Assembly: GCA_038143065.1 (NCBI GenBank)
Contig: JAYQLI010000035.1
Span: 1,760,894-1,824,893, forward strand
Origin: Rhodospirillales bacterium
GTDB taxonomy: Bacteria > Pseudomonadota > Alphaproteobacteria > Bin95
Direction of reading: 5' to 3'
DNA: 64,000 nucleotides
Below the pieces are notes generated by a model. It did no database searches and was not told where the DNA came from. It was given only the letters and a program-made list of their open reading frames with translations. Both the position numbers and the translations under genes were made by a program. The stretch's first letter is position 1, and every line of letters starts with the position of its first letter. Of this stretch, positions 54,795 through 64,000 are shown piece after piece.

Positions 54795-55196
54795 TCAAAT
54801 ACCCATCTCGTCGAAAACTTCCTTTGCAGTCTTAAAGGCACTAACGGCGGAAGGAGCGCCAGCATAAACAGCAGCCTGTAAAAAAACTTCAGCAATTTCT
54901 TCTTTCGAGCAACCATTGTTTATAGCTCCTCGAGTGTGCAGTCTGAGCTCTCCCTCACGGCCAAGCGCAGCAAGCATCGCCAGATTCAACATACTGCGAG
55001 TTTTCCGATCTAACCCTTCACGCAACCAGACGGTTCCCCAGGCTGTCTCTGTAACAAACTGTTGCAAAGTGCGGGTAAAATCATCCTTCGCGCCATTCTC
55101 CACTGATTTTCCTACATACTCTGAACCAAGAACTTCTTCTCTAACCTTTAATCCAGCAAGAAAAGCCTCATTGGCGTTGTATTTTGATGTATCCAT
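54795..55196 (-). CDS. Carboxymuconolactone decarboxylase family protein
   Basis: GLKVREEVLG, AWGTVW.R.GL, HTRGAINNG. Confidence 0.88.
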   Translation of the reverse strand: MDTSKYNANEAFLAGLKVREEVLGSEYVGKSVENGAKDDFTRTLQQFVTETAWGTVWLREGLDRKTRSMLNLAMLAALGREGELRLHTRGAINNGCSKEEIAEVFLQAAVYAGAPSAVSAFKTAKEVFDEMGI

Positions 55197-55291
55197 AAAA
55201 AAACTCCTATCTGGGATTGAAACTAGTTGAAATAAAAACTGCAGCAGAAGAATTACGGACTATTTTGGTCGCCTCTAAAGCATTTTTAATT

Positions 55292-56212
55292 TCAGATTAA
55301 ACCCAATCGCTGGCGAAGGTCGTCTCCATCTTCCACAAGGCTCTGAATCGCTTGACGAAGCTCATCCGATATCTTTTCAGGAAGCTTCACTGACAAATGT
55401 ACAAATTGATCACCGCGCTCTTTAGTATCACTACCCTTAGGGATCCCCCTACCTTTTAGCCGAAGCACTGCGCCAGATTGGGCACCTTCAGGAACTGTAA
55501 GCATTACCGGGCCATCAATAGTTGGTGCCGAAACCCGGGCACCCAAAGTTGCTTCTTTCAATGTTATTGGCAACTCTATTTTGATATCTGAGCCTTCACG
55601 ACGAAAAAATTTATGAGGCATTACAGTAATTTCAACTATGGCATCGCCAGCCTTGTTATTACCCGTACCGACCTGGCCAAGCCCACTTAGCCGTAATGCT
55701 TGACCAGTTTCAGTGCCCGCTGGGACACGAACATCGACCGTGCGCCCAGTTGGCAAGCTTACTCTTTTGGATGAACCCCTGGCCGCTTCAAGAAAGGTTA
55801 CCCGCAAGGAAACGCGAATATCTCTGTTGCGTGGTGTTTCCCTTTGACGACGCCCCCCAAAATTTTCAAAAAGCTCACTAAACAGGTCATCCGTAGCAAA
55901 GCGCCTATTTCCAGTTTGGCTAAAACCACCTGCTCCAGGATGACCCCTCTGTCCAAAGCCTCCGCCGAAGGTTGAGGATCGAAAAGTATCCTTCCCATCA
56001 GAATCAATTTCACCAGCATCAAAACGTCTGCGCTTTGAGGGGTCTGATAAAAGATCGTATGCTGCGTTCGCTTCTTTAAACCGACGCTCAGCATTAGCGT
56101 CACCAGGGTTGGCATCAGGATGAAGGCGTTTCGCAACTTTTCGGAAGGCTGATTTAATCTCTGACTGGCTGGCGTCTTTTTCCAAACCAAGGATGGCATA
56201 AGGGTCAGGCAT
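55292..56212 (-). CDS. DnaJ-class chaperone (CbpA-like, no Zn finger)
   Basis: J-domain HPD, G/F-rich region, DnaJ C-terminal domain. Confidence 0.9.
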   Translation of the reverse strand: MPDPYAILGLEKDASQSEIKSAFRKVAKRLHPDANPGDANAERRFKEANAAYDLLSDPSKRRRFDAGEIDSDGKDTFRSSTFGGGFGQRGHPGAGGFSQTGNRRFATDDLFSELFENFGGRRQRETPRNRDIRVSLRVTFLEAARGSSKRVSLPTGRTVDVRVPAGTETGQALRLSGLGQVGTGNNKAGDAIVEITVMPHKFFRREGSDIKIELPITLKEATLGARVSAPTIDGPVMLTVPEGAQSGAVLRLKGRGIPKGSDTKERGDQFVHLSVKLPEKISDELRQAIQSLVEDGDDLRQRLGLI

Positions 56213-56221
56213 ATTCCAAGC

Positions 56222-56731
56222 TCACGCGTCTAAAACTTCCCAATCTCCATTGGCTTTGCGACAAGCAATTCGATTGGCCTGTCGAGGCTCCTTCCCCTCA
56301 GGAGAGATGGCCACTTTTATATTGCGACATTGTTTTTCCGAAGTAGTGCCTACATTTTCCGCATAGGTAGGGCCAGGGGTAACTTTACCAGAAATTCCAG
56401 TATCCGGATTAGACCAGGAAGTAGTCTGGCCTGGTTCATTGTTCTCTAATGCTTCTTGAGTTGCGGCTTGAGCAATTATTTGATCCTCTCTTGAAAGATA
56501 TTCCCCAAGCTCGCCTCCCAGCCAGCTTCCCACCGATGCAAGACCTATAGTGGCCGCCGCTCGACCAACACCAGAGCCAATTTGTGATCCTAAAAAAATC
56601 CCAGCTGTAGCGCCAATAATTGAGCCAACTTCGCGACCGGTGGGCTCCCTCGAGCATCCTGCGAGGGTAACGCCTATCGCAGCAACTATAGCCAACTTTC
56701 GCAAAGAGATATCACTCAAATCTAAATCCAA
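56222..56731 (-). CDS. Glycine-zipper lipoprotein, 17-kDa surface antigen (RT0821/Lpp0805) family
   Basis: Lipobox LAGC, Gly zipper, WSNPDTG, ACR..GDW. Confidence 0.82.
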   Translation of the reverse strand: MDLDLSDISLRKLAIVAAIGVTLAGCSREPTGREVGSIIGATAGIFLGSQIGSGVGRAAATIGLASVGSWLGGELGEYLSREDQIIAQAATQEALENNEPGQTTSWSNPDTGISGKVTPGPTYAENVGTTSEKQCRNIKVAISPEGKEPRQANRIACRKANGDWEVLDA

Positions 56732-56763
56732 TCATCTTAACGTCACCTGGGTACGCCAAATTA

Positions 56764-57444
56764 TCAAGAAATAACCGGCAGAGCCTCAACCCTGTAGGCA
56801 TGCTGTAGAGTGCGATCGTGAGCAGGATCAAAAAGGCGCATAGCAAAAGCCTCGCCGCCCTTGATCTCCCCAATTACTGGAATAGTACCCAAAAAAAGGA
56901 CGGTTCCTTCAGCCAATTCATCTGCTCCCGTGTAAAGTTTGATCATCTCTTCTGGGCGTCTGCAAGAACCGAGGACACCATCTTGATAGTCAACTGTTTC
57001 ACCAGCTTGCTCTTGTGCAGACTGCAAACAAATTTCATCCCAAACAGCCAAAACTTCATTAAGCCGCCAGGCTTGGGAAGAAATTGGCTTGCAACATAGC
57101 TGCTTGGATAAAGCGACCGACCAAGCTTCGGCCTTACGATCGGTGTGATCAGAGCCAACTGCAACCAAAGTACCTGTCGCAGTACCAATTAATACGGCCT
57201 CCACCTCTCCCGAACCACCATCACCGACGGTTTGGATGTATGGAGACTGTGTGAGAAGTTCCACGCCAACACGATAAAACAATGGTGTCGTCGATGGAGC
57301 TGGCACACCAATATCTGCTAATTCGTCAATATGATGTTGTACTGCAGCCTGGTCTCGGCCTGTCCAGCCCCCAATGACAACCTCTGTCACGTTGACCTCG
57401 ATTACAGTTTCATCACCGCTCAGCTCCTGAACATGGAAGCGCAT
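56764..57444 (-). CDS. DUF2848 family protein
   Basis: GWTGRD..AVQHHIDEL, SGEVE, GSDHTDR. Confidence 0.8.
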   Translation of the reverse strand: MRFHVQELSGDETVIEVNVTEVVIGGWTGRDQAAVQHHIDELADIGVPAPSTTPLFYRVGVELLTQSPYIQTVGDGGSGEVEAVLIGTATGTLVAVGSDHTDRKAEAWSVALSKQLCCKPISSQAWRLNEVLAVWDEICLQSAQEQAGETVDYQDGVLGSCRRPEEMIKLYTGADELAEGTVLFLGTIPVIGEIKGGEAFAMRLFDPAHDRTLQHAYRVEALPVIS

Positions 57445-57620
57445 AAGGCTCTCTCCTCCAATTTTTGGCAGCAGTTTTTTTGCAATAACAAGATATATGC
57501 AAGAAGTAGGTTGATCTACGTTGAATAAGCTAGAATTTGCTGTGACCAGTTCTAGCTGAGTGGATTTGTCTATTAAACTGCTTCCATAGCTGGCCGGCTT
57601 CAGCTAGTTAAGGGTTATGT

Positions 57621-57696
57621 GCGCCCGTAGCTCAGTGGATAGAGCGTTCGCCTCCGGAGCGAAAGGTCAGAGGTTCAGATCCTCTCGGGCGCGCCA
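57621..57696 (+). tRNA. tRNA-Arg(CCG)
   Basis: GCGCCCGTAGCTCAGTGGATAGAGCGTTCGCCTCCGGAGCGAAAGGTCAGAGGTTCAGATCCTCTCGGGCGCGCCA cloverleaf. Confidence 0.95.
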
Positions 57697-57752
57697 TATA
57701 CCGAAAATAACCGTCTAATTTGTAAAGCAATCGACGGCTTAGATTAATCCGA

Positions 57753-58232
57753 TCACTTGTTATCACTTGATTCAGAGCTGCTTGACTGCATTTTTTGATA
57801 CAAATCGCTGAAATCAATTGGATTGATTAATAAAGGCGGGAAACCCCCATCTCGCACTGCATCAGCTAAAATAGATCGAGCAAATGGGAAAAGCATACGA
57901 GGCCCTTCAATCATAACCAAAGGGCGGACATGTTCTTTCGCAACGCCTTCTGCAACCATGCAGACGCCTCCATAACTTACCTCGGCAACGAAGAATACAT
58001 CTTCATCCCGAGACGCCGTCGCCCTGACGTGCACCATCGCCTCGAAATACTGACCGCCAAGCTCTCTAACTTCCACATCCACATCCACACTAATTGCTGG
58101 TGGCGGATTTAAGTTAGTTAGGCTCTGCGGCGCATTGGGATTCTCGAAGGATAGATCCTTAAGGTATTGAACCGTTAAAGTGAGAGGCGCTGTCTCAGTG
58201 CTTAGGTCCGCTTTATTTTCTGTGTCAGCCAT
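57753..58232 (-). CDS. secB: Protein-export chaperone SecB
   Basis: QYLKDLSFENP, LFPFAR, GGFPPL.INPIDF. Confidence 0.96.
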   Translation of the reverse strand: MADTENKADLSTETAPLTLTVQYLKDLSFENPNAPQSLTNLNPPPAISVDVDVEVRELGGQYFEAMVHVRATASRDEDVFFVAEVSYGGVCMVAEGVAKEHVRPLVMIEGPRMLFPFARSILADAVRDGGFPPLLINPIDFSDLYQKMQSSSSESSDNK

Positions 58233-58339
58233 TATGGCTGTCTCCCTTTATGTAAAGTCGACGAAATTCTGGCTTCATCCCGCAGAAGATTTTTATTTTG
58301 GAGCGGGAAACATAATTCCAACCTCAAACACAGGCCACC

Positions 58340-58906
58340 TTAGGTTGGTGGTTTTATGGTCGGGCGAGGATCATGTTTCACAAATTCACCGTTTTTCAGC
58401 AATTGTCCACTCATTACACGAATAGTGCCCCAATGGCACACTACTAGAGTTTCATTCCAATCGCTCTCGGCCGCCAGGCGCTTTCGAAATTCAGAAACTC
58501 GGGCAAATAAATTACTCTCAGGTTCATCGAGCCCTGAATTTTTTGGGTCTCCCGGGAATGCCCACCAGTTTGGTAATAAAGAAGAAAAATCTAGATTAGG
58601 CCAACGTGTGGCAAGGTCATTTGGGCTACTACCAATGTCGCAGGAAAAGCCAGCCAACTCGCGCACACAAGCATCCACTTGCACGTCTAAACCTAAACGA
58701 TCTGCAACTATTAAAGCGGTTTCAATAGCTCGAGTATATGGGCTAGTTATAATCCTTGAAATCGGCTTCAAAGCCAGCAAATTCGCTGCATTCGCTGCCT
58801 GTTCTCTGCCTACCTCAGTTAAAGCAGGGTCCGGAATGCCTGGGTCAAACCTATTTTTTCCAAAATGGAGATTAAATACTGTCTGCCCATGGCGAAGAAG
58901 GATCAT
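58340..58906 (-). CDS. Histidine phosphatase family protein
   Basis: LRHGQ, SPYTRAIET, VCHWG. Confidence 0.85.
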   Translation of the reverse strand: MILLRHGQTVFNLHFGKNRFDPGIPDPALTEVGREQAANAANLLALKPISRIITSPYTRAIETALIVADRLGLDVQVDACVRELAGFSCDIGSSPNDLATRWPNLDFSSLLPNWWAFPGDPKNSGLDEPESNLFARVSEFRKRLAAESDWNETLVVCHWGTIRVMSGQLLKNGEFVKHDPRPTIKPPT

Positions 58907-59373
58907 TGATCATCCAAATTTTTTTTGAGTTGATGACTGTTTCTGTCTGTTTCAGACCTTGGATCACTTTTTTCCGAAAAATCCCCTTCAATGATTATAT
59001 CTTCAAATTCATTACCGCGACGCCGCTGCCAAAATCTAACAAAAACATGAGCCCAAAGTAACCTAGTGGGACGGAATACCAAGGAGAGCCCGAGTGCGTC
59101 AGTAATAAACCCTGGAGTTAGTAAAAAAATAGCTCCTATAAATATTGCGGCCGCATCTACAAGTGCTAGTGCCGCGTTCGCAGAGTTAGCCGCAGCAAGC
59201 CGCTGCATTGCTGCACGTCCCTCTGCACGAGCTAGGGAGGCACCGACCCCAGCAGTCAAAATAATAAGAAAAATTGTAGGCCACAGCCCAATTGCTTCAC
59301 CGGCACTGATCAGAACAGCAATCTCAGCAATTGGAAACCCAACAAATAAAAGAAAGAAAATCCAAGGCATGGT
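58903..59373 (-). CDS. fxsA: FxsA family protein
   Basis: PIAEI, LLTPGFITD, IIEGDF. Confidence 0.88.
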   Translation of the reverse strand, partial: TMPWIFFLLFVGFPIAEIAVLISAGEAIGLWPTIFLIILTAGVGASLARAEGRAAMQRLAAANSANAALALVDAAAIFIGAIFLLTPGFITDALGLSLVFRPTRLLWAHVFVRFWQRRRGNEFEDIIIEGDFSEKSDPRSETDRNSHQLKKNLDDQ

Positions 59374-59559
59374 TGCTTTAACACTCTCCAACGCTATGGT
59401 GATTTTTAATTATAAAATTACTTGGGACTAGCGATTTACCACCGCAATACCCAAATATAAAAGCCTAAGTGACCTTAATGGTTTTGGGCATTCATTAATC
59501 TATTGCGGCAGATCTAACCGCAGGCGCCTTCGTACAGAAGGGCAAAGGGAGTACTTCGG

Positions 59560-60219
59560 ATGGGCAACAATGACGCCCTAATCGAAATAATAATCCTAGC
59601 AGTTGTGGCGGGATTTTTAATCCTTCGCTTAAGAAGCGTGCTGGGCAAGCGTCATGGGCACGAGCGACAAAGGTACGAAGAAAGCGAAAATTACTCACCC
59701 AAAACCAATAGCGAAGAAGGCAACAACGTCACTCCATTCCCTACGCGCGTTGATGCAAGCCCTCCATCAGCAGGGTCTGAGGCCATTAAAATTCACTCAC
59801 TTGATCCCAACTTTTCAGAGGACGAGTTCCTTGGAGGGGCACAAGAAGCGTTCCGGATGATTTTAGCCGCATATGGCGGATCGGATCGTGAAACATTACG
59901 CGCACTTGCAAGCGATGAAATTTATGAAGAACTTGATGAAGCTATAACCGGCAGAGAAGATCGTGGGGAAACACTCGACGCAACATTGATCGGCATTCAA
60001 TCAGCAAGCATCGATCAAGTGGAAACAGTTGGATCCATCGCACGCGTTACAGTTCGTTTCGAATCTGAACAGACTAACATTACTCGAAATTCCGAAGGGC
60101 AACCTATCGATGGCGCGCCTAATCAGGTTGAAAACATAATAGATCTTTGGACTTTTGAACGCGATATGTCTAATGACGACCCTAATTGGAAGCTAATCGA
60201 GACAGAAGCCGGCGAGTAG
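59560..60219 (+). CDS. Tim44/TimA family protein
   Basis: LRSVLGKR.G, FLGGA..AF, DLWTFER, PNWKL. Confidence 0.9.
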   Translation: MGNNDALIEIIILAVVAGFLILRLRSVLGKRHGHERQRYEESENYSPKTNSEEGNNVTPFPTRVDASPPSAGSEAIKIHSLDPNFSEDEFLGGAQEAFRMILAAYGGSDRETLRALASDEIYEELDEAITGREDRGETLDATLIGIQSASIDQVETVGSIARVTVRFESEQTNITRNSEGQPIDGAPNQVENIIDLWTFERDMSNDDPNWKLIETEAGE

Positions 60220-60220
60220 A

Positions 60221-61373
60221 ATGAGGCGCTATGCCTACCTGCTACTGTTAACGACCGTCTTGGCAAATTGTGGAGGCTCAGAAACGCTTCCCAAATTTCC
60301 CTCTGAAACCAATAACGATAAATTGGTCAGTACATCTTTTTCAAAATTACCTAACTGGCCTGAAGCAAATCTCTCTCCCGGGCTTTTTGCTTTCCAAAAA
60401 GCTTGTAAGCGCTTCTCACTTAAAAAAGCATCTTCAAAAGTATCAAAAGCCTGGCAAGAACTTGGTACGAATGGCGAATGGGCCTCCATCTGTAAACAGG
60501 CTCAGTCTGCTGACGCATCGAATGCGAAGGAATTCATTGAAAAGCACTTTCGTGTTTTTGAGGTAAAAAATCCGGCGAATGAGGGTTTGTTTACAGGTTA
60601 TTTCGAACCCGAATTTGAAGGCTCACGGCGTCAAAGCCAACGCTATCAACACCCTTTATACAAGCTGCCAGGTGATGTCATAACGGCCAATCTAGGGGAT
60701 TTTGAAAAGGCACTAGGAGATAAATTGATCTTCGGTCAATTAAAGGAAAAACCTTTAAGCCCTATTACAGCAGAGCTGAAATCGCTGATGGAGCGTTGCA
60801 AGGGAAGGGCCTAGAACTAGTCTGGTTAGCTGATCCAGTTGATAGCTTTTTTATAGAAATACAGGGTTCAGGGCGGATCAAGTTAGCGGAAGGCGGCTGG
60901 ATGCGTATCGGATACGCAGGAAAAAATGGAAGACCCTACAGAGCGATAGGTCGAGACCTTATTCAAATGGGAGAAATCCCTTCAGAAAAGATGTCAATGG
61001 CAGCTATTCGCACCTGGGTGAGCGCGAATTCAAGTCGCGCCCAGAGTGTCATGAATAAAAATCCCTCTTACATATTTTTTAAGGAACGACATGGCGACGG
61101 ACCAATCGGTGCTGCTGGAACAGCCCTAACACCTGGCTACAGTCTTGCGGTTGATCCATCTTTCACTCCTCTGGGAGGCTTGGTTTATCTGGATGCCGAG
61201 CATCCTGATAAAAGTCAGCCTCGGATCCAGCGACTTGTTGCTGCTGAAGATACAGGTAGTGCAATCAAAGGCGCTCAACGTGGCGATCTTTTTGGGGCAC
61301 TGGAAGTGCTGCTGGAAAAAATGCAGGTCACATGGCAAGTAAGGGGCGCTATTATCTTCTATCGCCAAAGTAA
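60221..61373 (+). CDS. mltA: Membrane-bound lytic murein transglycosylase A (frameshifts at ~60750 and ~61290)
   Basis: Lipobox, FTGYFEP, IQGSG, NPSYIFF, DTGSAIKG. Confidence 0.9.
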
Positions 61374-61391
61374 ATTTAATTGGAGCCCAAT

Positions 61392-62012
61392 ATGAAAATC
61401 TATGGCCGCGTCACATCTAGCAACGTCATGAAAGTCCTTTGGGCTGCGGATGAACTTGGACTCGATTATGACCGAATTGACGCCGGGATGAATTTTGGAG
61501 TTGTAGATTCTGAAGAATATCGCTCCATGAATCCTAACGGCAGGGTTCCTACTCTTGTCGACGGCGATTTAGTTCTTTGGGAATCAAACGTGATAGTAAG
61601 GTATCTGGCAGCCAAACACGGCAAAGGAACATTGTGGCCAGAAGAACTTTCTACTCGCGCAGACCTCGAACGATGGATGGACTGGCAACAAACTGTTCAA
61701 AACATAACCTTTACACCGGTATTTTGGGGTCTGGTCAGAACACCACCAAGTGATAGAGACCAATCTGCGATCGATGCAGCTGTTATTCAGTCAATTGCTG
61801 CGATGCAAATTCTGGAAACGCACCTTCAGGGCAGAAATTGGATTGGTGGAGACAAACTCACCATGGCAGACTTCCCAGTAGGCCCAAACATTCATCGCTT
61901 TTTTAATTTGCCTTTCGATCGTCCAGATCTCCCTAATTTGAAAAAGCTTTATGATCGGATGTGCGAACGGCCAGCTTACAGTAAAAATATCGCTTCCATC
62001 CCCATTTCTTAG
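61392..62012 (+). CDS. Glutathione S-transferase
   Basis: SSNVMKVLW, NPNGRVP, LWESN. Confidence 0.9.
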   Translation: MKIYGRVTSSNVMKVLWAADELGLDYDRIDAGMNFGVVDSEEYRSMNPNGRVPTLVDGDLVLWESNVIVRYLAAKHGKGTLWPEELSTRADLERWMDWQQTVQNITFTPVFWGLVRTPPSDRDQSAIDAAVIQSIAAMQILETHLQGRNWIGGDKLTMADFPVGPNIHRFFNLPFDRPDLPNLKKLYDRMCERPAYSKNIASIPIS

Positions 62013-62040
62013 GGAACTGTCTGCACTGCAGGAGCAAACG

Positions 62041-62511
62041 ATGGCAGGTCCAGACATTCACGATCTTTACGAACGCCTATGGTATGCAGTTCAAAAGGAG
62101 CAAATTGAGCTGGAATTTGACTTGAAGCTTTTGAATAAGCCTGGCAGTCCAGTGTTTAGCGCTCGTGATGCAGTTTTACCCTGGGCTGCAACATTTTTGC
62201 TTGGAATTGTGGGATGGCGGTTAGGTGGTTGGATAGGTTCAGTGGTCGCCATTTTAGCAATGCTGATCCTTACCGCGACCACAATTAATTACTCAGTGAT
62301 GAAGCGACTACGCGAGCGCGCACAAGCGCACGCGCTAGCTGGATATCAAAGCTTTGAAGAATTGTGGAATGCGGGTGCAGTATCGCTTCGCATGGTTGGT
62401 AGCGAGAGTTCTGAATTCAAAGGCCCGAACCTCCAGTGGACAGCTTTTGCTGAAGGCCTGCCAAAAACTGAAGCTGAAAAATCAGAAGATAGAACGGGTC
62501 GAAAAAAATGA
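62041..62511 (+). CDS. Hypothetical membrane protein
   Basis: ORF with two hydrophobic segments, co-oriented within the operon. Confidence 0.6.
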   Translation: MAGPDIHDLYERLWYAVQKEQIELEFDLKLLNKPGSPVFSARDAVLPWAATFLLGIVGWRLGGWIGSVVAILAMLILTATTINYSVMKRLRERAQAHALAGYQSFEELWNAGAVSLRMVGSESSEFKGPNLQWTAFAEGLPKTEAEKSEDRTGRKK

Positions 62512-63040
62512 TTGGCCGCGGTCGAAGGGATAGACGTGCATCAGATGCCGAACTTGAACTTTGGCAGAGAGCCGTTTCAGATGCCGTACCAATTACCAAA
62601 AACATTGCAGCTACTGCTCGGAAGCAACGGACAAATATCCATGTCTCCAATCAAACACCTAAAGAACCAGCCCTCCCATCAGCAGGTAGAGCAACTAAAA
62701 CACAGCCAATTGATAGAAATACACTAACCAGACTAAGGAAAGGTCGTATAGAAATTGAGGGAAGACTTGATCTACACGGCTTGAGCGCTTCGCAAGCTGA
62801 GCAAGCTCTGAAACGCTTTCTTCTCTCTAGTCATGCAATCGGGCGAAAAGCTGTTCTGGTAATAACAGGACGCGGCCTTAACCCAGATACTAATGGTCCT
62901 GGTATTTTGAAACGAGAAACACCTCTATGGCTGGATAAAATGCCGGAAATTGTTTCCTCATATGCCCAGGCAGACAGACGTCACGGGGAGAGGGTGCATT
63001 ATACGTGCGCCTCAGACGTAAAAGAGAGCGATTCCGATAA
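62508..63040 (+). CDS. Smr domain protein (frameshifted)
   Basis: Manual translation: ELELWQRAV, LDLHGL, LVITGRG, HGG.GALYVRLRR. Confidence 0.85.
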
Positions 63041-63041
63041 A

Positions 63042-64000
63042 ATGACCCCCAGCGCAATTTTAGCCGCAACAATTGAGATTATGGAGCAACAAGTGGAGCG
63101 GTCAGGTCCTTTAGACCTAATTACTGGCCGCTACCTTCGCCAACGAAGATACATCGGCTCAAAAGACCGGTCATCACTCATGGTTCGTGTCTTTGGACTA
63201 GCTCGCAGGCATTTTCGAATTGGGTGGCGCTTAGAACAGGCCGGTGCACCTACGACACCTCGCGCTCGTGTTATTGCGGACCTGTTACTTACTGACGACC
63301 TGGAGTTGGATACTATTTCAGATCTATTTAATGGAGAGGGTCATGCTCCAAGAGCCCTAGATTCTTCTGAATGGAACTGGCTACTTCGGTTAGGCTCACC
63401 GCCTCTGGAAACTAGTGAAATGCCAGCGCCAGTGCGACTGGAGTGTCCGGACTGGGCTTGGGACGGCATGAATAAGGCTTTCGGCGAAAAAACCGAGATG
63501 CAACTTCACTCCCTTCTTCAGGAAGCTCCACTAGATCTCAGGGTTAATACACTCAAAACTGATACAAGAAGAGCTTTAAATGCAATTAAAAAAGCAGGTT
63601 TTCTTGCGGAATACACCCCCCTTTCAGTCACAGGCATAAGGCTAGAGCAGAGAGTAGCGCTTGGCCGACTGCCAGGACTACTAGAGGGATCTGTTGACCC
63701 CCAGGATGAAGGTTCTCAATTAGCAGCAGCGGCCCTGAACCCACAGCCAGGCGAACGGATCGCTGACTTTTGTGCAGGTGCAGGCGGCAAGACCCTCGCT
63801 ATGGCTGCCGCCATGAGAAATAAGGGAAGAATCCTCGCCCTTGATGATGACCAAAGGCGCCTGGACCGAGCTGCCCCCAGATTGGCAAAAGCTGGCGTAG
63901 ATATTGTAGAGAGGCGACTTCTTACGCCAGGTCGAGATACTTGGCTTAAGCGACAGGCTGGCAAATTTGACGGCGTTCTTATTGATGCTCCCTGCTCCGG
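63042..64000 (+). CDS. RsmB/NOP family RNA m5C methyltransferase (runs off window end)
   Basis: RYIGSKDR, LRVN, QDEGSQ, DFCAGAGGKT, DAPCS. Confidence 0.9.
   Translation, partial: MTPSAILAATIEIMEQQVERSGPLDLITGRYLRQRRYIGSKDRSSLMVRVFGLARRHFRIGWRLEQAGAPTTPRARVIADLLLTDDLELDTISDLFNGEGHAPRALDSSEWNWLLRLGSPPLETSEMPAPVRLECPDWAWDGMNKAFGEKTEMQLHSLLQEAPLDLRVNTLKTDTRRALNAIKKAGFLAEYTPLSVTGIRLEQRVALGRLPGLLEGSVDPQDEGSQLAAAALNPQPGERIADFCAGAGGKTLAMAAAMRNKGRILALDDDQRRLDRAAPRLAKAGVDIVERRLLTPGRDTWLKRQAGKFDGVLIDAPCS

Noticed and set aside
57553-57607. CTAGCTGA...TCAGCTAG inverted repeat upstream of tRNA-Arg
   Set aside because: Only 8 bp with a long unstructured spacer, compatible with chance.

Overview
A 64-kb chromosomal segment of an alphaproteobacterium, probably marine and Rhodospirillales-like; this is inferred from gene content and synteny (secB-fxsA/tim44-mltA-smr, glmM-thiD, hspQ, dgcN-dgcA). 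Core genes include pntAB, lepA, mutS, ychF, clpB, hspQ, glmM, thiD, secB, mltA, an rsmB-like gene, tRNA-Thr(CGT) and tRNA-Arg(CCG). These are interleaved with accessory catabolic and sulfur modules: a DecR-like regulator facing an ABC transporter/OsmC/acyl-CoA dehydrogenase operon; yghU-TauE-cysK-rhodanese; PrpD-SDR-NIPSNAP; a Baeyer-Villiger monooxygenase; M20-dgcN-dgcA; and a Pim-like beta-oxidation cluster. Many genes are split by single-base indels, mostly in homopolymers and densest at about 12.4-21.7 kb, which most likely reflects long-read sequencing error. The most striking element sits downstream of tRNA-Thr and is fragmented in the ORF track. It is a head-to-head pair of (i) a ~1100-aa exported protein with signal peptide, FecR domain, acidic 12-aa tandem repeat, Pro/Ala linker and three ~195-aa YfaP/DUF2135-like repeats each carrying a Cys pair, and (ii) a TPR plus beta-barrel outer-membrane protein with Slam/type XI secretion (DUF560)-like motifs. 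I saw no CRISPR array, rRNA, integrase or transposase.
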